Assembly: GCA_014905635.1 (NCBI GenBank)
Contig: CM026547.1
Span: 930,001-994,000, forward strand
Source: Scenedesmus sp. PABB004
Taxonomy: Eukaryota
DNA: 64,000 bases
Direction of reading: 5' to 3'
Both the position numbers and the translations under genes were made by a program. The notes beneath the pieces were generated by a model. That model saw only the letters and a list, made by a program, of their open reading frames with translations. It had not been told where the DNA came from and ran no database searches. This document shows, piece after piece, positions 1 through 11,200 of the stretch (positions within the stretch are counted from its first letter, which is position 1; each line of letters starts with the position of its first letter).

Positions 1-88
1 CACGGGCGCGGCGCCGGGCTGCCGCGCGGCGGCGGCGGCGCGCGCTCCAGGGCCCAGAGCCCACGCCTCGCCGCGCCGCGCCGCGCAG

Positions 89-722
89 TCGTGGGGCGAC
101 GAGGACATCCCGGCCCTGCTGGAGTCGCTGTCCGACGCGCTCAAGGAGCAGGCGGTGGCGCTCTCCAGCTGGGACAAGTACAAGAAGGAGGTGACCCAAC
201 GCCACCGCCCACAGCAGCGGCCCGGCTCAGCGCGCGCGCGCGCATGCGGCAGCGCCGCGTGCGCTGCAGCCGGCGCGGCGGCGCGCGGCCTCCGACGCGC
301 CGCGCGCCGCGCGCCCGCCCTCGCCGCGCCAGGTGCTGAGCGGCAGCCTCGACTGGAGCCCCATGCACGGCAGCGAGCTCTTCTGGCGGCAGCACGTCGA
401 CAAGTTTGAGGAGAAGGACTTCCAGACGCTGCGCGTGCTGCTGAAGCTGCTCGAGACGTCGCGCGAGACGCGCACGCTCGCGGTCGCGTGCAACGACGTC
501 GGGCGGTTCGTCGAGTTCCACCCGCACGGCCGCTTCATCGTGTCCGACCTGCGCGGCAAGGAGCTCATCATGCGGCTCATGAGCCACCCCGACCCGGAGG
601 TCCAGAAGCGCGCGCTGCTGGCGGTGCAGAAGATCATGCTGCCCCGCGACAAGCTCGGCTTCATCGCCGCCGCGGCGGGCGGCGGCGGCGGCGGCGCGCC
701 GGGCGCGACCGCGAGCGCGTGA
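89..722 (+). CDS. VHA-H: V-type H+-ATPase subunit H, last two exons (89-190, 333-722); 5' part lies outside the window
   Basis: Spliced peptide SWGDEDIPALLESL...SSWDKYKKE|VLSGSLDWSPMHGSELFWRQHVDKFEEKDFQTLRVLLKLLETS...LAVACNDVGRFVEFHPHGRFIV...LMSHPDPEVQKRALLAVQKIM matches the V-ATPase H C-terminal domain. GT-AG intron 191-332, TGA 720-722. Confidence 0.95.
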
Positions 723-768
723 GCCGGCGGCGGCGGCGGCGGCCGGTGTGTGGGCGGCGCGGGGGAGG

Positions 769-773
769 TTACA
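769..773 (-). terminator. Putative TGTAA poly(A) signal, minus strand (likely for the TZF gene)
   Basis: TTACA on the plus strand; the first minus-strand TGTAA I find downstream of the TZF stop at 1948. TGTAA is the established chlorophyte poly(A) signal. Confidence 0.4.
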
Positions 774-824
774 GATTTGCGGTCCGCCAAGATCCAAGGC
801 CCGATCGCCAGATGGGGCCGCCGC

Positions 825-829
825 TGTAA
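825..829 (+). terminator. TGTAA poly(A) signal of the V-ATPase H gene
   Basis: TGTAA about 100 nt after the stop codon. Confidence 0.65.
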
Positions 830-1947
830 CGAGGGCCCCGCCGCCGCGACGCGCATAGCATAGCATAGGGCCAGCACCACCACCCGCCGGCAGCCAGCCA
901 GGCCCGGCGGGGCAAGACGCCCCGCGCCGCCGTTCTTGGGAGAGGAAGAACCGGCTGCTGCTGCTCGCGATCATAAACAAACAGACGGCCAGACGGCTGG
1001 CCGCTAGTGCAGTGCCGCAGACGCAGACGACGGCGCAGCGCGCCAGGAGGCAAGGGGCCGCACGCGCGGCGCCGACGCGCGCGCTCAGGTGGCGCGGGTT
1101 CACAAGCAGGCCGGGGCTCAGATCATGATGGTCATTGGTTGAAGGGGGGGCGGGGCGCAAACACGACGCAGACACGCGACGCAGGCCAGGCGACAAAGGG
1201 AGCGCCGATTGTGTGCGAGCTTGCTGGCGCGGCGGCGGGCCGAGTGCCCCGCCCGCGAGCCCGAGCCGGCGCGCGCAGCGCCGGCGATCCCTGCCCCGCC
1301 GTCACCGTGTGTGCGTTTGAGGGTGCGCGTGCTGTGCCCCGGCACGCACACACGCGCACACCCTCCCCGGCCATCATCAGGCCGACGCGACGCCCAGCAG
1401 GACTAGCAACAACGGTGTGGTGCGACCCAAAGTTTGCAAGGAAGTAAACCTCGGGTGGCGACGGGGCGGGGCGGCGCGGGCGCGCTGACCAAGCGGCCGC
1501 GCTGCGCCCGCCCGCTCGCTCGCGACAGCCCACGCGCGGACGCGCGCGCCGTCCTCGGTGCAGCGCGGGGCAGTCCTGCCTGCGCGCCGCCGCTGGTGCG
1601 CCAGCAGCGCGCGGCGCGCCCCTGATTCGCATTCACACGCACCAGAGCGGACACCGCCCGTCCGCGCCCCTGCCCCAAGTGAAGAGAGTTCACGGACCTG
1701 GCCAAAGGCACACAAGCAATCAATGCCCCCAGACACCTGGTGCTTGTTAGTAACGTCTTGGGCGCCGGCGTGTGCATAGTACGGTGTGCGTGGTTGTGTG
1801 GGTGTTGTGCAGGTCGTCTGTGCGTGCGCGAGCGCGCGTGCGCACGCACGCGCGCGTCGGCGCGCGCGCACGCCCGGTGGCGCGCGCGGCTCGGTCGCGC
1901 CCTTTGGGCGGCCCAGCCGCCGCGGCGCGGCTGGCTCCGCGGCTGGC

Positions 1948-4106
1948 TCACTGCCCCGAGTGCTGCTGCTGGAACGTCTGCGCCGCCGGCGCGGGGGCGC
2001 CGACGTACGCCACCTGCACGGGCGCGCCGTCCAGGGTGTAGCACGCGCCGTCCGGGGCCATCTGGTACATCGCATGCCCGCCGGCGCCGCCCGGCGCGGA
2101 CGCCGCAGGCGCGGGCGCCGCGAGCACGCGCGGCATCGCCTGCGCGCTCGACGAGGCCATGCCGGGCGCGAGGCCCTTGCTGCAGGCGTAGGCGCCGCCG
2201 GGCTGCGCCGCCGTGCCCTGGCCAAGCTCGAGCAGGGGGGACAGGGGCATGGAGAGCCCGGGGCCCGACACCTGGCTGCTCGCGGAGCACTGGCTGGTGA
2301 AGCTGTCGTAGAGGTCGCCCGGCCCCATCTGCGCGGCGGGCGGCGCCGCCTGCGCGGGCTGCATCAGCTGCAGCCCGCGCCCGCTGCTGCCGCTGAGGCT
2401 GCACTGGCTCGTGAAGCTGTCAAAGTTGGCCAGCTCCTGGCGCAGCGCCGCGGCGGCGGCCTGCTGCTGCTGCGCCTGCGCCTGCGCCTGCGCCGCCTGC
2501 TGCTGCAGCGCCGCGGCGATGCTGCGCTGGCTGAACGAGCCCTGGCTCGTGAAGCTGTCGAAGTTGGCCAGGTCCAGCCGCTGGCCCGTGAAGCTGCGGT
2601 TGGGCGTGGTGAAGCTCCGGTTCAGCAGGCCGAGCGAGCCCTGGCTCGTGAAGCTGTCAAAGTTGGACAGGTCCTGGCGCTGCAGCAGCGCGACCGCCTG
2701 CTGCTGCTGGTGCTGCGCGAGCGCGGCCGCCAGGCTGCGCTGCCCGCCGCTGCCCTGGCTGGTGAAGCTGTCAAAGTTGTTGGACAGCTCCTCGCGCGTC
2801 ACGCCGGGCGCGCCGCCGACGCTCGTGAACGAGAGGCCGCTGCCCCCGACCAGCGCGCCGCCGGCGCCGGCCGGCGGCGAGACGACGCCGCCGTCGCTGC
2901 TGACCATCCACGGCGGCGCCTGCTGCTGCTGCTGCTGCTGGTATTGCTGCTGGTACTGCTGCTGCTGCTGGTACTGCTGGTATTGCTGCTGCTGGTATTG
3001 TTGCTGCTGCTGCTGCTGCTGCTGGAACTGGAGCTGCAGCTGCACGTGCGCCGGCAGCGAGTGCGGCGCCGGCGGCGCCTGGACGACGACCGTCTGCGCG
3101 CCGCCGCGGTCCGCCAGCGGCAGCGCCTCCAGCAGCGCCGCGGTGCCCATGACGTCCGGCTGGCCGCCCGCCGTGGGGCTGCCGTAGCCGCCAACCGCGA
3201 TGTGCTGCTGGGCCTCGCCGTTGCCGCCGCCGAGCGGGCCGCCGCCGTGGGGCGGCTGGCCCGCCGTGAAGGCCGCGCCGGAGCGCGCGACGAGGCCGCC
3301 CGCCGCGCTCGCGTGCTGCTGCTGCTGCGGCTGCTGGTGCGGCTGCGGCTGCTGGTGCTGCGGCGGCGCCGCGAGCAGCGCCGGCTCCGGCGTGCGCAGG
3401 TCCTTGTGGCTGTGCGCGAAGAAGCAGATCTCGCGGTTGCACTTCTCGCCCAGGTTGCACAGCGTCGTCTTGTAGCGCTCGGGGTGGAGGCTCATCTCGA
3501 ACGTGTTGTGCGAGAACGGGCAGGCCTCGCCCGCGGCGCACTCGCCCGTCTGGCGGCGGCGGCGGCGGCGGAGCGGGGCGGGGCGCGGCGCCGCGCGGCG
3601 GGCGCGGTTCAGCGCGCGCGCGTGCGGGGGGCCTCTACGCGCGCGTGCGGGGGCGGGGCGCGGTCGCGCGGCGCCGGCGGGAGGGCGAGGGCGGCGGGGG
3701 AGGGGGCATCAATCCAGCCCCCAGGGCGCCCGCCCTTACGCGCGCGCGGCCGCCCGCGGGCGCGCACCATCTTGAGGTTCATGCAGAACGTGGGCTTGTG
3801 GACCGACGGGTGGCGCCGCTGCGCGGCCACCTCGCCGGGGTGGCGCCAGGGGCAGTGCTTCCAGTTGTGGTGGTCCGCGCGCAGGCACGTCTTCACCTGC
3901 GCTCCGGACGCGGGCACGCCGGCGCGGCGCGGCGGCGTCAGCCGGGGCGGCGCGGCGACACGAGGGGGCCGCCGCGTGGGCACCAGCCCGAGCGGTCGCG
4001 CGGCGCCTACGCCGGCGCCGCGCCCGGCGCCGGCGTGCTCGCGTGGCCTTGCCTTGAAGGTGAACATCATGTAGTCGTCGTCATACTGCTTGTGCGTCTG
4101 AGGCAT
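1948..4106 (-). CDS. RR-TZF-type tandem CCCH zinc-finger RNA-binding protein (exons 4106-4053, 3896-3768, 3549-1948)
   Basis: MPQTHKQYDDDYMMFTFK|VKTCLRADHHNWKHCPWRHPGEVAAQRRHP...FCMNLKM|TGECAAGEACPFSHNTFEMSLHPERYKTTLCNLGEKCNREICFFAH is the plant RR-TZF signature. Q-rich low-complexity tail. Intron 1 has a GC donor. Confidence 0.92.
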
Positions 4107-5172
4107 GGTGCTGCCCCGCCCAAGCGGCGCCGACCGGCGCGCCGCGCGGCTGCACGCGGCCTCCCCGGGCGCCGGGCCCCCTGAGGACACGTCACCGGTC
4201 GCGCGCAAGGGGCTGCGGCCGGGCTGGCGAGCAGGGCGGGCGTGCGCGATGGCCGGCGGGGCGTGCGTGCTCGGGGCGGGCGCGCGCGGGGCGAGGCTGC
4301 GTCCTGCGAACTGCGGCGGCGCGATCCCGGCGTGTCGGGGGTCGGCGGGCGTCGCGGAGCTGGGAGGCCAGCAGCTGGGAGGCCAGCAGGCGAAAACTCC
4401 CTCAGGCCCTGCGCCCTGGACGCCGGGGCGCGCCCACCCTCCCAGTCTGCGCCGCGCCAGGCCAGCTGCCAGGCGAGCCCGCGGCCTCCGCGGCCGCCGC
4501 GGCCGCCGCTGCGGCGGCCGCCGCTGCCGCCGCGCACGCGCGCTGGGCGCCGCGCGGCGGCCTGCGCGCCGTGCGCTGCCGGCGCTCGAGGACCTGCTGG
4601 GGACCTCCTCCTGTTACTCTACTGGCTCTTGGTACAACATCACGCACCGCCCCGCCTGCGGGCGCGCGCCCCTCGCTGCCGCGCCGCCCGCGCTTGATTG
4701 TTTCCCCCGCTGCGCTCCCCGCGCGCCCACATGGCGTGCGTGCGACCTCGCGCAGAGCGCACTCGGCCCTCCCCCGCCATACTCCTCCCGCGCGCCGACA
4801 ACACGCGCGCACACGCTCGTATCGTACAACTGGCCTCGCCCAAGTGCAGGCCGCGGGCACGCTCCACGCAAACTCCGCTCGCTCGCTCGCGCTCGGACTG
4901 CGGCTCGCGCCAAGGGCCCCAAACACAAACACAAAAAGACCGAGGACGTCCCAGGACGGGCGCGCGGACCGCACACCCAGCGCGGCGCGGCACACCGCGG
5001 CGCGCGTGCCGCTGCCGGCGGCGGCAGCGCGCGCGCGGTGGAGCCACGACCCGGGCCGCAGAGCCCAGCGTGCGCCCCGCGCGGAAAAACCGTGGCGCAA
5101 CGCCTCGCGCCCCCGCCTGCCCTCCCCCGCCTGCGCCTCTCCCCCCTCGGCGCGCGCCCTCGCCGCGCGCGC

Positions 5173-5227
5173 GGCTCAGCGCTGCGGCTCAGCGCCAGGG
5201 CTCAGCGCTGCGGCTCAGCGCCAGGGC
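5173..5227. repeat. Short tandem repeat (GGCTCAGCGCTGC/GGCTCAGCGCCAG)x2 spanning the glyoxalase stop codon
   Basis: Four 13-bp units alternating two variants; each carries a minus-strand TGA. Confidence 0.8.
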
Positions 5228-6376
5228 TCCTGCTCCACGCACTCGAGCGTGTTGGCGTCGGGGTCACGGAAGAAGATGGCCGGCCGGCCGCTCATGCTGC
5301 GCGTGAAGGGCACGCCCGCGGCGTCGAGCTTGGCTGCGAGGTCGTCGAGGTGCGACACGCCGACGCAAAAGTGGCGGTCGCGCCCGCCGTGCTCGGGCCG
5401 CGCGTCGCGGTCGGCGGGGTCGGGGTTTGGCAGCTCCATGAGGTGAATCATCTCGGGGCCGATCCACAGCCACGCGCCGCGGTACGGGAGCTTGGCGTCG
5501 GGGCGGTCGGGGTTGAGCTCCATGCCTGGCCGCCGGGTTGGGGCGGCGGCGGGCGGGCGGGTGGGCGGGCGGGGCGGGGCGCGTGGGCGGGGCGCGCAGT
5601 GAGGGTGGGGGCGTGTGGCCGGGTTGGTGGGCGGTGGGAAGGGGGATGGACGTGGGAGGGGAGCACGCGGCGGACGCGCGGCGCACTCCGCGGGACAGGC
5701 TGTCCGGCGCGGCGCGCGGCCAGGCGGCGGCGGCGGCGGGCGGCCGGCGGCGCCCCCAGCCGCCGGCGCTGCGCGCGCCGCCGCGTGGCGCGGCGCGGTG
5801 CGGCGCCGGCGCCGCGGCCGCGGCGGCGCCCCGTCCCGCGCGCCTCGCTGCGCGCGGCCCTCACCCAGCACGCCCTGGTAGAACGCCAGGCTGCGCTCCA
5901 GGTTGGCGCAGATGAGCGCGACGTGGTGCACGCCCAGCACGCGGAACTGGCCTGCGGCGGGCGCGCGGCGGCGGGGGTCGGCGGACAACGCGGCGAGCGG
6001 CAGCCGCGGCGCGCCGCGCTGCGGCGCCCGCGCGGCTCCCGGGCACGCGCTCAGGCGCAGGGGCCGCCCTGGCGCGCACCCTTGGCCTCCTCCTGCGCCG
6101 CGCCGGGCGCTGCTGTCGCGCGCTCCGCGAGGGGGCTGCCCGCCGCGCGCGTGCGCGCCGGGGGCGACACCTGGGGCCGGCTGATGAGGCTGCGGGCGGC
6201 GCGCGTGCGGCGTCAGCGGGCGTCAGCGGGCGTCAGCGCGCGCGCCTGGGCGCCGGAAGCATCGCGTCCGCATCAGCAGCTCGCCTGGACACGCAGCACA
6301 CGCGCAGCGGGCCGCGCGCCGCGCGCCGGCCGGCGGCGCGCGCCGAGATCTGTCGCTGGGCGAGCGCGCACGCCAT
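5215..6376 (-). CDS. Plastid-targeted VOC/glyoxalase-I-like protein (exons 6376-6285, 6189-6080, 5951-5865, 5525-5215)
   Basis: Transit-peptide-like MACALAQRQISARAAGRRAARGPLRVCCVS; VOC motifs GVHHVALICANLERSLAFYQGVLG, LPYRGAWLWIG..IHLMELPNPDP, HGGRDRHFCV, SGRPAIFFRDPDANTLE. All splice phases are consistent. Confidence 0.9.
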
Positions 6377-6717
6377 GCCGAGCGACGGTGTGGCGCGTGG
6401 AGCGGTCGCGCTGCCGAGCGGTCGCGGCGCGGCGCGGAGGCCCGTGGGTGTGTTTGGAGGAGCGGCCCTGACGGCTCAGCGCCACGGCGCGCCGTGAATG
6501 AAGGCCCGATTGGGGGTTGGGCCCTGCGCCTGCTCCGCTGCCGCTCCGCCTCGTTCAGCGCGGGCAAGCCCCTGGCTGCCCCAGCCCGCGGCAGGAAGCA
6601 CCCGCGGTGCCCGGCCCACACGCACGCTGCGGCGCGGCGGCCGCGCCCGCAGCCGCCGCGCCCGCAGCCGCCGCCGGCCGCCGGCCGCTGCCGCCGCGCC
6701 GCGCGGCCGCCGCAGCC

Positions 6718-8245
6718 ATGTCGTTGTCAGGGGGCTTCCGCAAGCAGCAGAAGCGGCGGCGGTGGTGCGATCAGGGGCTGCTCGTGCCGGACGCCTTCCG
6801 CGCCGAGGTGCGGCGGCGGCTGGCGCGCCAGGCGGCGGCTGGGGGCGGCTCGCGTGCGGGGCGCGCCGCCCCCTGCCCGCCCAGCGCCGCGCCGCCGGGC
6901 CCGAGCCGCCGCCGCGACACACCCACCGCCACCGCCGCCGCGACGCACCCGCCGCGCCGCGCCGCGCAGCTCGAGGCGGCGGCCGCGCCGGGGGCCGCCG
7001 CCGCCGGCGCCGACCCGCAGCTCGCCGCGCTCGCGCGCGCGCTGCTGGCGCTCGCGGGCGTGCAGTTCACGTACGGCGAGGTGGAGGCGCTCAAGGCGCC
7101 GCTCGCGGCGGCCGAGGCGCTCGCGCGCGCCGCGCCGGCCGACGGACCGGCGTGGCGCGCCGGCGCGGCGCTGCTGCTGGAGGTGCTGCTGCTCGGCAAC
7201 TCGCGCCCGCTGCACCGCCAGCTGCTCTCGGCGCTGCGCCGCCTGCCGCCGGGCCACCAGGCGGCGGCGGGCGAGCTGCTGGGCGCGCGCGTCGCGGCTG
7301 AGGCGGCGGGCGTGCTGGCCGCGGCGCGCGGCGCCGACGCCGCGCGGCGCGCGGGCGGCGCGGCGGCGCCGCTGCCGCGGCTGCCGGCGTGCGCGGCGCG
7401 GCGCGGGCTGGTGCTCGCGCAGGCGGGCGTGTCGCTGCTGTGGCTGCCGGCCGCGAGCGCGTGGCTGCGGCCCGCGGCGGCGCCGCTGCTCGCGGCCGTC
7501 GCGGCGGCGGTCGCGGCGACGCTCGGCGGCGGGCACGCCGGCGGGTGCGGCGATGACGCGCCCACGCGGCACCTCACGCCCGCCGACATGGAGGCGGCGC
7601 AGGACGCGGTCAGCCTGATGTATTACACGCTGCAGCACCACGGCGCGGCCCTGGCGGCGAGCGCAGAGGGCGCCGACGCGGTCGAGGCCGCGGCGCGCGC
7701 CGCGCTCGCCGCGCTGCAGGGCGGCGCGCTCGCGCGCGAGTCGCTCAGCTCCGCCGCGGTCGTGGTCTGGGCGGCGGCCGCGCTGCCCGCCGCGCCGCCG
7801 GCGGCCGCGGCGGCCGCGCTCATGGCGGGGCTCGCGCCGGAGACGCTGCCGCCCGGCGCCGCCGCCGCGATGGCGGGCGCCGACGGCGGCGCCGGCGCGC
7901 CGCCGTGCGCGCGCGTCGCGGCGCTCGCGGCCGCGTGGGCGGGCGGCAGCCTCGTGGAGGCGCGCCTGCGCGCCGGCGGCAGCAGCCTCGCCGCCGAGCT
8001 CGCGGCCGCGCCGGCCGTGGCGCGGCTGTGCGCCATGAAGGGCCTGCTCACAGCGATGCCCCCCGACGCGCTCGCGGCCGACCTGGGTGGCGCCGGCAGC
8101 AGCACGGTGCTCATGCGCTGCGTGCTGCCCTTCGCGGTGGCGTCCGCGGGCGCCTCGCCGGACGCGCACTTCAAGCTGCATGCCATGTCTGTGCTGGCGC
8201 TCGCGCTGGACCGCGCTAAGGCGGTGTGGGAGGAGGTGGTGGACC

Positions 8246-8278
<33 letters not shown>

Positions 8279-11200
8279 TGGGGCAGCAGCTGGAGCAGCA
8301 GGCAGAGCAGCACCAGGCATCAGGCGAGCAGGAGTCAGAGCAGCAGCGGGGCCAGCGGCAACAGCGGGACCAGCTCGCGCCGCCCTGGCTGGGCGGGCGC
8401 GAGCTCGCCGGCGTCGTGGGCCTGCTGTGGGTCCACCTGGACGAGCCCATGGCGGCGACGCTGGCCAAGGTCCACGACGCGTTTGAGGCCCTGCTGGAGC
8501 TGCTGGTCTGCCAGGACCAGGCGGCCGCGCAGCTGGGCCTCGCAGCGCTGGCGCTCGACGGCGGCGGTGCCGGCGGCGCCGGCGGCGGCGACGCGTGCGG
8601 CGCGTGCGGCGCGGGCAGCGTGCTGGGCGTTGGCGCCTGGCGCGACGCGCGGGGCTTCCTCGAGGCTGCCGCCGCGGCCGTGCTGGGCATGCCGCAGGGC
8701 CGGAAGGGCCGCTACGCGCCGCTCGGCGCGCTGCTGCGCCGGCTCGGAGCGGGCCACCTGCTGCGCGCCGCGCCGGGGCTGGTGCGGCAGACGCTGGCCG
8801 CGATGCAGGACGACATGGTCGCCAACTCGGCGGCGAGCTTCTTCAGGGCCCTGCTGCTGCAGCTGCGCCGCGAGCTGCCGGAGCAGCCGGGCGCGCAGCA
8901 GGGCGCGCAGGCGCGCGCGCTGCTGGCGCTCGTGCCGGACCCGGAGCTGCGGCGCTGGTGCGCGTGGTGGCTGCCGCCGCTGCTCGACGTGCTGTGGGGC
9001 CCGGGCGAGCGCCTCCGCGGGTACGTGGCCAACCACGCACTCCCGGTGGCGCTGCAGCAGGAGGCGGCGCTGCTGCGGCCGATGGTGGCCATGGTGCTCG
9101 CGGCGCACGCTGGCGCGCTCGACGGCGGCGCGCCGCCGCCCAACGCCACGGCGGCGCTCGTCGTGGTGCTCAAGGTGGCGCGCAAGCTGCAGCTCGTGGG
9201 CAACCTGGACGCGCTGCTCGGCGCGGCGGAGCTGGGCGAGCTGCGCGCGGCGCTGGCCGCGCCCGGCGACGACGTGCCGGCAGCGGCCGCGGACGGCGGC
9301 GCCGCCGCCGACGGCGCGCTTGCGGCCGCGTCGCCCGCGGAGCTGCTGCTGGCGGCGGTGTCGTCGTCCTCGGCGGCGCTGCGCATCGAGGCGCTGGAGC
9401 TCGCCTGCATCAACGCGCGGTGAGCGGGCTGCGCGTGCTGCGCGGGCTGCGCGCGCGTGTGCGCGTGCGCGTGTGTGCGTGTGCAGCGGCTGCCGCCCGT
9501 GAGCGAGCCAATGAGGAACCTTGGAAGCTGGAATCCGACATGGGCCCTGCGCCCGCTGCGGACAAACAACCCTGCTCAGTCTGAGGCTCCCGGTGGTGGC
9601 GGTCGTGTGGTTCCGTGTGTGCTGCGGCGTGCGCAGACAGTGCTCGCTGTTGCTGCCGCTTGCCAATGAGGAACTTGGAAGCTGGAATCCGAGACGGGCC
9701 CAGCGCCCGCTGCGGACAAACAACCCTGCTCAGTCTGAGGCTCCCGGGTGCTGTTGCTGTTGCGGTTGCTGCGGCGCGCCGCGCGGCCAGGGAGGATCAT
9801 TCATTACCAATCCTTTTACCGAAGCGTAGCGGCCCCGCGCCGTCTGCCGAGAAACCACTGCTGAGGCCTGCGCGCGCGTGCTGCGTGCTGCGTGCTGCTG
9901 CGTGCCGTGTGCGCCGCGCGCTTCGTCGGCCGCCGCCTGACGCCCGACACCCCCCCCCCCCCGTGCGCAGCTCCACTGAGGCCCCGGGCGTGCTGGAGCT
10001 CGCCATCGCGCGCCGCTGGCTGGTGCTCTGCCTGCGCTGCACGGGCGCCAACAGCCGCAGCAAGTGCCTCGTCACGCTTGAGAAGCTGATCACCCGCCAG
10101 CGCGCCGCGGTGCACGCGATCCAGCACCGCGCCGCCAACGCGCGCAAGCCCGGCGCCACGGGTGCGCGGCGGCGCGCCAGGCACCCGCAGCCCCGGCGGC
10201 GCGGCGCGCCCCGCCGCGCCGCTCGCGCCCCGCCACGGAGCCTGCCAAGCCCGCGCCCTGCCCGCGTCCGGCCGCAGGCGGCGCGCACCCGGGGGCCTGG
10301 CCAAGGCCGGCCCCAACCTGCTCGGCCCCGGCGGCGCGCCGGCGGCGAGCGAGCCCGAGGCGCTGGCCCTGCAGTGCGCCTGGCTGCGCTGGGTGAGCCA
10401 GGCGCTCGTCGACAGCCTCTATCCGGGTGGGCCCTACGAGCGAAAGTACTTTGCCCTGGAGCTGCTGGCCCAGTTGCTGCAGGCGTGGGCGCCGAGCAGC
10501 GACGACGCGGCGCGCGCGGCCCGCCGCGGCGGCGCCGGCACCGGCGCTGGCGCGCACGCGATGCCGCTGTGCGACGCACTGATGTCGCCGGACGCGGTCC
10601 AGGTGCTGCTGGGCTGCCTGGTGGACTCGTGGGACAAGCTGCGCATGGCGGCGGCGCGGTGAGGCTGCAGCTCAGCCGCAGCCGCGCGTGCTCGCGCTGG
10701 GTCGCCCGCCCCGCCCCGCGCCGGCGCCGCCTCACCCCGCGCCGCCTCGCCCGCCGCGCAGCGTGCTTGAGCTGCTGCCGTCGCCGCTGCCGGGCCTCGA
10801 GACGCCGGCGCGCGTCACGCCGCTGCTGGAGTGGGCGGCGCAGCTGCTGGCGAGCCCGCGCATGCGCGAGAGCGACGCCGGCGCGCGCCTGCTGCGCCTG
10901 CTGTGCACCAAGTATCTCCTGGGCATGCGCTGGCGCCTCACGCTGCACGCGGCGCCGCTCGCGGCCGGCCCGCCGATCGGCGGCGGCGTCGAGGGCGCAG
11001 CGGCGGCGCAGAACGGCGGCGCACGGGACGGCGGCGGCGAGCTGCCGGCGTCGGTGCTGGTGGACCTGCTCGCCGGCCTCACCGCGCAGCTGCGCGCGGG
11101 GCTGGCGCTCGCGCGGGCCGACCTGCCCGCCGCGTGCCGGCGCGGCCTGGTGCACGGCACTGTGCTGGCGCTGCGCTACCTCACTGAAGACGTGCCGTGG

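Noticed and set aside
4359..4390. 15-bp direct repeat CTGGGAGGCCAGCAG x2 upstream of TZF
   Set aside because: Two copies only; consistent with simple slippage, with no supporting signal.
9505..9746. Two ~85-bp direct repeats as a CRISPR-like array or transposon ends
   Set aside because: Only two long copies, in a eukaryotic intron, with no cas or transposase gene; box C/D architecture explains them better.
9851..9860. D guide GAAACCACTG as a guide for tRNA Gm18 (antisense CAGUGGU resembles a D-loop)
   Set aside because: Only about 7 nt fit a generic tRNA D-loop, too short to support without the species' tRNA set.
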